Of a DNA stretch of 64,000 nucleotides, positions 1-12,700 are shown in pieces; within the stretch, counting starts at the first letter, position 1; each line of letters begins with the position of its first letter. This DNA is from Lama guanicoe (Eukaryota), in assembly GCA_013239625.1 (NCBI GenBank), contig MU054001.1:5505078-5569077 (forward strand), written 5' to 3'. The position numbers were made by a program, and so were the translations under genes. The notes under the pieces are model-generated. The model was not told where the DNA came from, did no database searches, and saw only the letters and a program-made list of their open reading frames with translations.

Positions 1-315
1 TCAGCACGCTTTTTCAATAAAGAGCCAGATGGTAAATATTTCAGGCTGTACAATACAGTCACAACTGCTCAACTCCGCCCATGTGGTGAAAGTAACCACA
101 AACATAAACTAATGGGAGTGGGGGCAGTCCAGTAAAACTTCACTTAGAAATTTTTTTCTTTAATTTTTTTTTAATGGAGATACCAGGGATTGAACCCAGG
201 ACCTTGTGCGTGCGAAGCAGATGTTCTACCAGTGAGCTATGCCTTCCCCCACTCCAAGTAAAACATAATTTAATATAAACGGTAGGCCAAAGCTGGGGCT
301 CGCTGACTTCTGCTA
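1..315 (+). mobile_element. MER58A-like hAT-Charlie MITE, interrupted by a SINE
   Basis: Resembles the MER58 consensus (gccagatggtaaatattt..., caactgctcaactc..., ccagtaaaact). The sequence resumes after the SINE. Confidence 0.65.
151..250 (-). mobile_element. Short tRNA-derived SINE (camelid Vic-1-like)
   Basis: The reverse complement reads GGGGAAGGCATAGCTCACTGGTAGAA...GGTCCTGGGTTCAATCCCTGG followed by an A-rich tail, with Pol III A and B boxes. Degenerate direct repeats (agtaaaac) flank it. Confidence 0.8.
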
Positions 316-1689
316 GAGTTGATCAGAGTGTGTCCTCCAACACCCACACGCTCTACCATCACAGGCTGTAACTCAGCCTCAAACATCACCTCTCAGATTG
401 TGAGGTGGTAATTACTGAAGTAAGAAGCAACAGCTTTGGGTTCTCATAAGCAATAACAGGCAGAGAGTCATCTCAGGGGAGGGTTATCCTTTCCAACACA
501 TCCCTGCTGCCGAGAGGATCTTCACATACCAGGGGGACAAAAGCCCCTCCCGCTGCCCCCGTGGGTCCCTCCATATACCACGTGTAACAGTCCACTTCGA
601 CGCACAGAATTAGAATGCAACCTCTCTTCTCCCATCGCAAGCGTTTTTGCCTTAAAAATCAGGCGGCAGCCTCATCGTGACAGCACGAGAATAACTTGTC
701 ATCCTGGTAATGGCCTAACTGCATGTAAGTGTCTGTCATAATGAAAATTGGTCTCTTCCATTTCAATTTATTTTGTCAACAATCCGAACGGAGCCCAAAT
801 ATATCTTCCAACACCACTGCACACAGACCAAACAGGGATGAGGACTTCAAAATGAACCTCATCATCATATGACTAAATATTTACATTAAAAAAGATTCTC
901 TCTTCTGGAAAACATCCCGGCTCTACTGTTCTCCCCAGCCAGTACACCTGCAGCTTTTTGTAACTAATTAAGGAACTCTAGAAAACACATTCAAAAGGGC
1001 CTCAGCAAACAGATGCCCACTTCATTAATTAAACAAGCCAGAGCAATAACCCAGGCTGTAATTGGAAAATGTGCTTCTTTCCTCCGTTTTAAGGCAATCA
1101 CAGTTATTTGCAAATGTTTTTTGATAGTTTCTCAAAAAGAGAAAGTCGGCTAGCAGCAGGCTCTGGCTTCCTCTAGCAGAGGGGCAGATGTTTGGGAAAG
1201 GTTGGAGCTATGAGGCAGTCATCCAGGTTCACTAATTAGCTCTTCTGCCCCTTGTCTCCCTCCAGAAGACTGTGCTAATGAGAAAAGGAAGTTTAAGTGC
1301 TAAAAAAAGAAAGCAAGTTTGCTAATGCTACTTAAAGGCACAAAAACGTTCCCATGCAGTGCACTCTTCAGAACTCTAATTGGGATGCACAGTGGTCCAG
1401 GTGTGCAGAAGATAGCCACCTCTGAGTGGTCCTCCCCTCTTAGGTGAGCTGTCCTCTTCTGTAGAGCCAGTGGGAGCAGGAGGAAGGTGAAGGAGGCCAC
1501 TGGGGGAAGGAGGAAGGAAACAAAATAGAGTGGAGCCTCTCCTATAATCTTGTCCTTGGGTTCCAGGCAATGTTTTAGAATCCCCTAGTCTTAAGTAAAA
1601 TTCCCTTAGCCATGGGTTTTCTTTCAGCATCTTAATCAGGGCTTACAGATGCCCTGGCCTCCAGGAGCCAGGTTTCAAATTAAGCTATT

Positions 1690-2200
1690 GTTCTCAGCAA
1701 CAGGCCCACCCTTCTACAGGCTTCTCTGTGGTGTGGGGCTAAGACTGCAAACTCATTTCTCCTTTGCCAGCTGGCTTCTTATTAAATGCTCCTGACAGTG
1801 GGCACTAAATGGAGACTGTAAAGCTGGAGGAGGGAGAAAGGACTGACTCTCTTCTGGTTTGCTGCTTCCTGTTGGCATCAACCAAGCGATAACCCTTGAT
1901 GTCAGCAACAACAGTTGGTTCCATTTCCAGCTTCTTCCTGCTCTCCCAGATACCAACTCATTGCATCCTCCCCACCCACTCAGATCCACCAGCACCAGCT
2001 GGGAGCACTTCCTGATGAGAGTCCTGAGTCCCAGCTCCATAGGGCCCCTCCTCCAAGAATCTAGGTTCCAATAGCCTCATCTTAACTTTGTTTCTCAAAC
2101 CTTAAAAGTAATCCATGCGGTTTGCAGTTACTACCTTTTGATACCTCAGTATTCCCTTTTTGCCCTTTTAGTCCCTTTAAAAAAGAGAATTTAATATAGA
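1690..2200 (+). mobile_element. Old ERVL-class LTR fragment
   Basis: LTR-like composition, lying just 5' of the ERVL internal sequence. Family not resolved. Confidence 0.35.
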
Positions 2201-2228
2201 GAAAGCTGGTGAGGTGTTTTTTTTTTCA

Positions 2229-2697
2229 TTGACTTTGATATCAACCCAGGTTCTTGGACTCTATAATCAACAGAAATTGATAAAAGGCCAGACGAGAAAT
2301 TCAGGCAAGGCTTTACTGGGATTCATGCTGCAGGACAAGGGAGCAAAAACAAGAAACAGATTCCCTTGGGCACTCCCTAGGGGGGATGAGCTGGTCCCTT
2401 AAATGAGGTGAGGGTAGGGGAGGATTGGTGGGTGGGGCCAGAGGAGTGGCTTAGGTGGTCTGCCTACCCCCTTGGTGGTACTGTGTCCAGTGATCATGCG
2501 TAGTACCCTGCTTTTGCTCCTGACACCCCAGAAGTGGCAGCTGGGTTTTTGAACTTTTTTGTATCTTGTTGTTCATAATATGCCCTGTGCATGCAGTTAT
2601 CTTTAGTCCCTTATAGTTTCTTTGTATTCTGTTGCTCGAGGAGACATTTGTCAGGTGCAAGCTGCAGCAAAGGGTCCCAGGTCCTAGCCTGTCTTCA
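2229..2697 (-). mobile_element. Solo LTR (ERV1-like), antisense, inserted into the older ERVL
   Basis: About 470-bp TG...CA block. The minus strand has an AGTAAA poly(A)-like signal and a TATA-like TTTAAG. It separates the ERVL LTR from its internal region. Confidence 0.5.
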
Positions 2698-2719
2698 ATT
2701 TGACTCTGACTAACCCCAT

Positions 2720-3460
2720 ATTTGATACCAAAAGTGGTCCTAGGAAGTTGATGCTCAAAGATGGGATTCTGGTTTTGGTTTGGTCTTGTCCTTGGTCTTG
2801 AATGCAGTGCTAAGGTCCTTGAGAAATGGAATGTTAGTAAGCTCTAGTGGGTAATGACATCATGACTAATCAAATTATCACCTGTAATTGATTGTGCTGG
2901 CATGCCTACTGAAGCAATTGCCTTGGGAGTCAAATGGCTGCTACACTGGACCTTTAGAGGAGTAATAATTCCTCCAAAGACTGCACAGCAGGATGGTTGC
3001 TTCTAACTACGCTGAAGAGATTAAGAAGGAAAATGACAAACTCAGGACTTTAAATGTTCAGCTTAAGTCATGGTCAGAGAAAATCAGAGAGCTTTGATGG
3101 CAGCCTTAAAGGAAATTCTTATTTCTTGCAGCTGCAGGTCCCACCTTAACAACAACAACAAAGCAAACAAACCCAAAATTTAATTGGTTGAGCTGCAGAA
3201 TTACAACTTAGGTTTAATTCTCAGATTCACCAAGTCTCTTACATAAAAGTTTAGGCATTGATTGGAAAGGAGTGGGACCCTGGACTTAAAACAGGAGTCT
3301 GGCCTGGAGGAAGCTGAAGATCCTAAAACTGTGCGTTGTTCTGAGCCTCTTTTTTTAATAGAAAGGAGCAGCACCTCCTCCTTTTTCTAGGAGACTCAAA
3401 AGCCTTCTGATAACTTAACCTGCCATCTTGCTTGGGCATGACTATTTGCCTTAAGATTCA
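2720..3460 (+). mobile_element. ERVL internal (leader/gag) remnant
   Basis: gataccaaaagtggtcc...gatgggattctgg... and gaaaatgacaaactcagg... resemble the 5' internal/gag region of ERVL. Frames are broken. Confidence 0.6.
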
Positions 3461-3469
3461 CTCAGTACT

Positions 3470-3830
3470 AGTGAACAACAAAATCCTATAAAATTTACTG
3501 GCCTAAAGCAACACACAATTTTTCTGAGTCAGAAGTTCAGGAGCAGCTTAGCTGGGCAATTCTGGCTCAGGGTCTCTTACGAAGTTGCAATCAAGATGTC
3601 AGCTGAGGATGAATCAATGGAAAGCTTGACTGTGGACTGTTGCATGTGCTTGCAAGATAGTGTACCTTATGTCTGGAAAGTTGGTGTCGGCTGTTGGCAG
3701 GAGGCCTCGGTTACTCATCGCATGGGCTTCTCCACAGGGCTGCTTGCGTGTGCTCACAATATGGTGGCTGGGTTTCCTGAGCATGAGCAATCCACAACAG
3801 AGTATAGTGAAGACACAGCCCCATCCCATA
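3470..3830 (-). mobile_element. MLT1-type MaLR LTR fragment
   Basis: agcagcttagctgggcaattctggctcagggtctct..., cacaatatggtggctgggtttcc are typical of MLT1 LTRs. Confidence 0.6.
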
Positions 3831-4979
3831 GCCACAGGTGACTGGACCAGGGGTGGACACTGACCCCTTGAGGTGTCCTGGAGGGAACAGTTCTGCTAAA
3901 AAAGAGGAAATGGAAACAATGGAGCCTATCAGATTCCATCCCTCAGGAATTTGATCTTGAATATTTGGTGGTCAGAGCCTAATTCCTAAGGGTGCCCACT
4001 GGAGGGGTACCCTGAAGCAGCAGGGGGTGTAAGTGAGCTGAAGTTATGCAGAAGCAAAAGCCATCTGGAGAAGGAAAATACCTGGTGGGGATGGGGGAGT
4101 CTCAGGGGACAAGGAAGAAGGATGTCAGTAATGGCAAGAATGGTAAAGACAAACATTACGAGATGTTACATTACCTTCCAACTGAGGGGCCAAAAGAATC
4201 TTATTGGTAGAAAGATCTCAGACCCGTCCAGGCCTTGAATTATGCCTCAGTCTGACTCTTTGACAGCTCAAGTTCCAAGTCTTGTCTCTTTTTTTTGCTA
4301 TGTGTATCCTCTTAGTAAAACTGCATTGCTGCAGTAATCTTTGTATGGTACTGTTCCTTACACCAAAGCCACCAAACGAGCCAGGGCTTTTAATCAAACA
4401 GTGTACCTTAGGGATTACACAGCTCTCTCACACCCATTAGCATCAAATCCTTAGGCAGCCCAGAGTGGGAGGCAGCACAGCGACAGGTAAGACGACCGAG
4501 GCTCACAGAGATTGAAGTGACTGACCAAGTTCACCCAACCGGTAAGGTCAGCCAGGGCAGAGCTCAAATCCAGTTCTACCTGCCAGCCCAGTGCTCTTTC
4601 CCAGGTCACCATATGACTACTGTACACAACTACGATACACCTACATAAAGGAACTACAGAAGAGCCACTGAGCCACTGAGCACCCTCCATCTGACCCGCA
4701 CTGTGCTAGGGGCTCAGAAATATTAACGAACAACAACAAAATAGGTTTCTGCCTCATGGAGCTTCCGTGCGTGTGTGTAGTCCCATGAGGCACACCACAG
4801 ATGTGAGATGAGTTCTAGAAGTCCACCAGGAAATATGCCCTGATATCCTGCAACTTCAGCACTTTGGGGTGTGAACATAATTATTAAATACACACACACA
4901 TACAGTCTTACAGATTTACACACATAACTGCTGTAATTGTGAGTACACCATTATTATTATCCAGCCAGCTAGGGTAATT

Positions 4980-5170
4980 CAAATCAGGATCCACTTACTA
5001 GATATAAAGCTTCCAGCCTCAGCTTCCTCATCTGGAGAATGGGATAACAGTACCTGCCTCCCTGGGTGGTTATGAAGATTCAATGAATGGAAATACGTCA
5101 AGTGCTTAGAACAGCATCTGGCACATGATAAGTTTGTGCTTCATTTAATATGCTTGTTATTATGATTATT
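4980..5170 (+). mobile_element. MIR SINE
   Basis: gcctcagcttcctcatctggagaatgggataacagtacctgcctc...gtgcttagaacagcatctggcacat matches the MIR core. Confidence 0.75.
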
Positions 5171-6575
5171 AAAATGATTATTACTGAAACTTGAAATACA
5201 ACCCTTTTTTAGGTAAACTTAAATGCTTGCTTGTCCTCAAAGTCATGTTTTCTTCAAGGAGGCAAGGGAAGAAACTAGAATTGTAAGCCAGGCAGAAGTT
5301 AATTCAAATCTGGCCCTGACTGTCACTTGTTGTGTGTCTTTAGGTGAGCCACTTCACCTCTCTGAACTCCAGTCAGATTTTATTAGGAAAATTAAAATGT
5401 AGTCTGTTATATCACTAGATATTTACTATTTGCCCCCAGTTCCGATGTGGCAACTGTGAGGAATGTTTGGCCCATGGGAGAAGTTTTGATACAATTTTTA
5501 ATTTAATTAATTAATATGTTGCCTGGAATTAACTAGTTAATATTCAAGATCCCTTTCCTCTCCCCATCTACTTTCTCACTTGCCCAGGAAGGAGGAATCT
5601 CCATGCACTGTCAGATCTGTGAACACTATGAGGGAGACACCCTGTGTTAGGAGATTCATGCGCTTGAGGTGAGATAGGTAAGGAGACCAGAGCTGGGATC
5701 CAGCCGCCCTTCTCACCCCCTGGCATAGGACTAGGCCAGCCTGGCACCAGGCACTGGAGACTAGAGCTGTCTTTCTACACCGGCCCCTCTTGTAAGTCTC
5801 ATGGCTCTGAGAGGGGTGGAATGGATCCTCCTGTCTTCCTGATGAGAAAAACTGAGCCTCCAGTCTTCCCCCTGAGGGACCACATAGGCAAAGCAGGACC
5901 CATACTCCATTGCATTTCCACGGCAGTCTAAGAAAAGGGTGGTCCGTATTGCCCAGGTCACTTTCCAGAATGCTCTGCATTTGCAGGCAAGTGCCAGTTC
6001 CTGCTGACTATGACTCAGTGGCCGCAGGGGTCTGGTGGGAAAGAATGAGCAGAATGTGGGCTTTTCCTGTCTTCTTGGCTAAACTTCATCATCACACCAT
6101 CTTTCATTAGGATATCTGACAGAATGAACAAATAGATGAATATTTATTGACTCATCACGGTCCCCAGCTCAGGAAACTTTTACTCTGATTATGGGAGCAG
6201 ACCCTAGGACACTCTCCAGGGCTTCCTTTTACCTTAGACACTGAGAGGACCATGGGGTCCATGTGATACAGCTACTAGAAGGTGGTGACTCTGATCCCCT
6301 GAGTGCCTGTGTGGAGACAAACCGCCTGCCAGCCCACTTTGCCCAGACTTGTTTGTTAACAGAGCACAATTTAGACCATCCTGACTATATGGTTCCAGAA
6401 TGAATTGCAGCATGGCCTAATTCCAAAGGCACACTGCATATTGAGTATCAATAACATCTGAGCATTTAACTATCTAATCTGTCTTAATTTCTTAAATTAT
6501 ATTGTCCCAGGATCCTAGGGGCCATGGTTCCTGAAGAAATAGTTCCTAGTAATCAAACCACAGCAGCCAGGAGGC

Positions 6576-6603
6576 AAAAAAACAAAACAAAACAAAACAA
6601 AAA
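6576..6603 (+). repeat. (AAAAC)n microsatellite
   Basis: Direct reading of the sequence. Confidence 0.85.
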
Positions 6604-7019
6604 GTGCAAGTTACCAAAACAGAAACCCAACATAATGAAAATTATATTCTTGAAAGACCCTCTTGTTCTGATATGAAGATAAATTGGAGGAGGTAGGGAC
6701 TAGAAGGCTGGAGAACAAGTTGGGCTAGGAATGATAAAGACACATGAAAAAAGAAACCATACAATGATGCTAAAGGAAACGTGAGAATCACGGCAGATGG
6801 TGGGAAGGGGGTCCTAAAGACTCAGGCATCCATGTGAACTTTGACCCTTCCTTTGCCCATATTTCTAGAGTCCCCAAGTCATTTAGTGCCTCTATATCTG
6901 CCCTTTCCTTGCTATCCCCACAAGCATGATTGAACCTAATCATTTTAAGCAAAGCATCTCCCTCAGCTGATAAAAAAAACTTGCAACTCATAGCTGCTAC
7001 TATCGCATAGTCTTTGATA

Positions 7020-8292
7020 TTTTATTTTATTGATTTATAGTCAGTTTACAATGTTGTGTCAATTTCCAGTGTAGAGTACAATTTTTCAGTTATACATGAA
7101 CATACATATATTCATTGTCGCATACTTTTTCACTGAGCTACCACGAGATCCTGTTTATATTTCCCTGTGTTATACAGTATAATCTTGTTTATCTATTCTA
7201 CATATACCTGTCAGTATCTACAAATTTCAAACTCCCAGTCTGTCCCTTCACACACCCCCCTCCCCCCGGCATCCACAAGTTTGTATTCTATGTCTATGAG
7301 TCTGTTTCTGTTTTATATTTATGTTCATTTGTCTTTTTCTTTTCTTTCTTTCTTTTTTTTTTTTTAGATTCCACATATAAGCAATCTTATATAGTATTTT
7401 TCTTTCTCTTTCTGGCTTACTTCACTTAGAATGACATTCTCCAGGAACATCCATGTTACTGCAAATGGCATTATGTTGTCATTTTTATGGCTGAATAGTA
7501 TTCCATTGTATAAATATACCACTTCTTTATTCAGTCATTTCTTGATGGACATTTAGGCTGTTTCCATGTCTTGGCTATTGTAAACAATGCTGCTATGAAC
7601 ATTGTGGTGCAGGTGTCTTTTTGAAGTAGAGTTCCTTCTGGATATATGTCCAGGAGTGGGATTCCTGGGTCATACGATAAGTTTCTTCCTAGTCTTATGA
7701 GGAATCTCCATACTGTTTTCCACAGTGGCTGCACCAAACTGCATTCCCACCAGCAGTGTAGGAGGGTTGCCTTTTCTCCACAGCCTCTCCAGCATTTGTC
7801 ATTTGTGGACTTTTGAATGATGGCCATTCTGACTGGTGTGAGGTGATATCTCATTGCAGTTTTGATTTGCATTTCTCTGATAATTAGTGATACTGAGCAT
7901 TTTTTCATGTGCCTATTGGCCATTTGTATGTCTTCATTGGAGAATTGCTCGTTTAGGTCTTCTGCCCATTTTTGGATTGGGTTGTTTGTTTTTTTCTTAT
8001 GAAGTCGTATGAGCTGCTTAAATATTCTGGAGATCAAGCCTTTGTTAGTTTCATCTTTTTCAAAAATTTTCTCTCATTCCATAGGTTGTCATTTTGTTTA
8101 ATATATTCTCATTTGTTTATTCTTGCTTTTATTTCTATTGCTTGGGTAGATTGCCCTAGGAGAACATTTTTGAGATGTATGTCAGATGATGTTTTGCCTA
8201 TGTTTTCTTCTAGGAGGTTTATTGTATCTTGTCTTATGTTAAAGTCTTTGATCCATTTTGAGTTGATTTTTATGTATGGTGTAAGGGAGTGT
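7020..8292 (-). mobile_element. 5'-truncated lineage-specific L1 (ORF2 C-terminus + 3'UTR)
   Basis: ORF 7531-8037 (-) encodes the L1 ORF2 C-terminus ([27 protein letters not shown]...[14 protein letters not shown]). A T-rich tail sits at about 7020. Confidence 0.92.
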
Positions 8293-9759
8293 TCTTCTCC
8301 TCTTTATTGGAATTCTGAGAGCATCCAACTTTCTATTTTGGCAGATTCTACTAACAGAAGTGAACAATAATAACAGCAAAGGAAAGCTTCCTTCAGAGAA
8401 GAAAATTTCCAATATAGAAAAATGCCCGTCCATTCCCCCTAACCATTTCTCCATGTACCTGGGTGGGAATAACATATTGAGTCCACACCGTGGGTCCAAC
8501 TAACTTCAATAAAGAGAGTAGTACTTTCAGAATTGAAGCCAGATCTTAGGATGGTTGAGGAAAAGGGGTAGAAGTGGCTCTCTCATGACTTTGTGAATCC
8601 TGCATGTTTACCTCCAGGCTTAATTTACATGAGAAAGAAATTTCTATCTGTTCAAAGTATTCATATCTTGGGTTTTCAGTTATATGTGGTTTAATCTAAT
8701 TCTTACTGGTACCATGGGGCTTCCTATCTTCTCTACTCTTTGTAGAGAAGGAAACAAAATATATGCACTGACCTTTCATATCACACAGGTAATAGGCAGC
8801 AAAGAGGCTCCAACACAGGTCTCTCTGACTCTGAAGCCTGAGCCCTTTCCACAGTGTCACAGAGCTGCTCTGACAAGCATTTTGATAAGCAAAGAATGGT
8901 ACACCTGATAGGATTGTCAGCCCAAAGTATCAAAAGTAGGGAAATCTTCTGGGGCTAGTGAATAGCTTTCCTGAAGCTACATTTTACTACAAAAACAAAG
9001 GGCACTGTTTTAATGAAATTCTTTCAGATGTGAGTAAGAGAATCTCAATTCAAACTAGATTAAGCAAGAAGGAAATTAATGAGTTCAAAGAACTGGTAAG
9101 TGTGGGGATTCACTACTGTCACACACATATGGATCAAGGGAGTTAACTATGTTGTACTCTCTTGTTTCTTCTGTATCTCTCTTTGTCCTTCACTCAGTGT
9201 GTTGATTTCATTCTCTCCTACAGAAGTAAATCTTTCTCCATTAGACAAAGGAAGGTGGTTCTTAACAGTCCCAAATTTACATTCTCCCAGCCTAACACAG
9301 TCAGCCAGAAGAGCATCCTTTTGTTTCAATGTCCATACATCAGTCCCTGAGAAGCCTATGACTGACATTATCTATCGCTGGAACAATCACTATTACTATG
9401 AAATGAGGTACCAAGATTGGCTGAGTGGGTAGCATTTGGGCAACAGATGGAGACTGACATTTCCATTAGAATGTAATGTGGGAAGGATGGGTCCCAAAAG
9501 AAAGGAAAAAAGAGCAGGAAAAACAACATATATTCACTCCAGGAGTCACTAAGTATTTTTGAGCAAAGGAGTAACAAAATAAAACATGATGGAACAAGAA
9601 AGATACAAAACAAAAACAAACATGAATGTGCTGGGTAGATGGGCTAGTGGGTAAAAGGAGGCAGCTTTTAGAACAATTGGGCAGGGAGTAATGTAGGGCT
9701 TAACCTGAAGGATGGTAATACACAGCAAAAGAAAAGAAGGGTCAAAAATACCAGTCCCA

Positions 9760-12700
9760 TTTCCACTTCCAGCCATGAGGGAATAACAATGTCTAGACTA
9801 ACCCCTCCACCATAAACAATGGGGAAACGCTACAAAATATATTTTCAGATATTGGGCAACAGGCAACAAAAGACTGGGACCCCTGAGAGAAGGGAAATAA
9901 ATAAAGTGAATTCCATAATCACCCCAACTTTCTGCCTGGAATCAATTTCTAGATTGTGGCAAAGGGAAGGGGAATCCGAATAGAGCCCGGTGGCTATTGT
10001 TGAATCGAGGAGTCAGAGATCAGAATCTGAGGAAGCTGAGGTAGCTAAAATTTGTGGGGCAGAATGTCAGGAAGGCAGGAGCTATTATTAAATGAGCTCC
10101 AAACATCTGCACAGGGATTTCCTTGATTCTTTGTTCAAATAACAAGCTGTAAATAGTAATACTCCTTAAAGCTGTGTGAAGGACAAACTCTGGGTAAAGA
10201 ATAATTATTGAAGAGCTGAAAGCTAAATAATTCCCAGAGATCACCCAGGACCTGGAATTATTCAAGTTGCTACCAGCAATCGTGGAGAGACCTTACTGAA
10301 TCACATAGTCTTCAGTAGAAGGCTAAATAAAGAAATAAATGTGCCTTTGTAATCAGGCTAAACTAATCCTAGAGGAATGGTTACTCTAAAGTCATCCCTA
10401 AAGAACTCAAAAACAAGCCTCAAAAGAATCAAGATAACGTGAAATAACTGCCTCACAAAACAAAGTCCCAAACTCTTTTAGAGGTTACAGCAAAATACAG
10501 CACTCAATAATGCCAAATATGCAATGTCCAGCATTCAGTAAAAAGTTACTAGACATGTGTGGAAGCATGAAAATGTGATCCATAACAAGAAGGAAAAAAT
10601 CAATAGAAACAGACCTAGAAATGACAAATTATGTAATTAACAAACAAAGGTCCTGAAACAACTCTTACAGATACATTCAAAATACCTAACTACTTAAAGT
10701 ATTAACATAATGATGACAGAAGTGGAGGTTATAAAAGAGTCATATAGAACTACCAAATATGAAGAATACAGTATCTCAAGAAAAAAACTTCACTGGATAA
10801 GAATAACTGCATAGTAGGCACTGCAGAAGAAAAGAACTATGAAATTGAAGACACAACAGAAACTATGCAAAATTTGGCACAGAATAACCAAAAAAAAACA
10901 AAGATTGAAAAAATGAACAGAGCCTCAGTAACCTATGGAACAATATCAAACGTTTTAATGTATATAAAATTAAAGTCCCAAAAGAGAGGAGAGATAAAGA
11001 AAAACAAAAACAAACAAAAAAAAACTTTAAGAAAATCATGACCAAAAAATTTACAAATTTGATATGGAAACAACCCAAATGCCCATCAACAAATGAATGG
11101 ATAAAAAAGATGTAGTATACACAAATACACAATGCAATACTATTCAACCATGAGCAAGGAGCTATCCTGCCATTTGTAATAACATGAATGGACCCTGAGT
11201 ACATTATGCTGAGAGAGAGAAGCCTGACTGAGAGAGGCATATACTGTATATCACTTATATACGGAATCTTAAACAACAAAAATATGTTAAAAAAAAAAAA
11301 ACACAGAGTTAAACAGTGATTACCAGCACATGTTGGAGCAAGGGTGGACTGATGGTGTTTAAGGGTACAAACCTGCAACAAATACAAAAATAGCATCAGA
11401 CAGTTAATGTACAGTTTATCGAATATAGACAATAATGTTGTATGTAATAACTATTGTTACAACAGCAACCATTTTACAATATACAAATGTATCAAAATAA
11501 CATGATGTACACCTTAAATTTACACAATGTTATGTGTCAGCTTTATCCAATAAGTAAATAAATTTTAAAATTATAAATTTGACACAAACTGACAGATCCA
11601 AGAGGATCCAAACAGGATAAACATGAAGTATACCAAGACACATCTTAGTCAAATTCCTGAGAACCAGAGGAAAAAGACAGATTTTGTACTGAGGAACAAA
11701 GATGGAAATAATTTCAGACCTCTCAGAAACCCAGAAACCAATGAGACACCTTTCAAATGCTAGAAGAAAAAAAATGATCAACTTAGAATTCTATACATAG
11801 TAAAAATATACCTCAAAAATGAAGGCAAATAAAGATATTTTCAGGGAAAAAAAAGCTGAGGTAATTCATCACCAGCACACCTGCATTATAAAAAAAGTTA
11901 AAGAAAGTACTTCAGGCAAAAGAAGAATTATGCCAACTGAGAGATTACATATACATCAAAGAATGAAAAGAGACAGAAATGGTAAACATAAAAGACTTTT
12001 TTTCATTTTTAGTGTCTTTAAATATAATTGAAGCAAAAATAACAATATATTTGGGGATTTATAACATATATAGAAGTAAAATATATGTGCAAAGTATGGG
12101 AGGGAGAGATGGAAATATATTATTGTAAGATTCTTATACTGTACATGAAGTGACATAATATTATTTGAAGGTAGTCTGCAATGTTAATGATGTATATTTT
12201 AAGTCCTAGAGCAACCACTAAGAAAAATATTTAAAAGATGTTCAGCTAATTAGCCAATGGTAGAAATAAAATGGAATACTAGAAGACACTCGATCCAAAA
12301 GAAGGCAAGGAAGAAGGGGAGAAGAATAAACAGCAGATGAGACAAATAGAAAATAAGCATCAAGCTGATAGACTTAAATCCAGCTTTTTAAATTATTACA
12401 TTAAATTTAAATGGTCTAAACATTTCAATTAAAAGGCAGATTGCCAAACTGGATTAAAAAAAAAAAAGCATGCCCAACTATATGCTGAATTCAAGAAACT
12501 CACTTTAAATATTAAAATACAAATAACTATAAAAGTACAGAAAAAGATATATGAAGCAAGCAGAAAATAATAAAGCTGGCATGGCTATGTTAATATCAAA
12601 CAAAGTAAACAGCAGAACAAGGACTATTTGCCAGGAATTAAAGGAATCCTTCATAATGATAAAAGAGCCAATCTATTAAGAATATGTAACAATCCTAAAT

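Noticed and set aside
170..250. Possible tRNA gene
   Set aside because: It has A/B boxes but no intact cloverleaf, and carries an A-rich tail, so it is a SINE.
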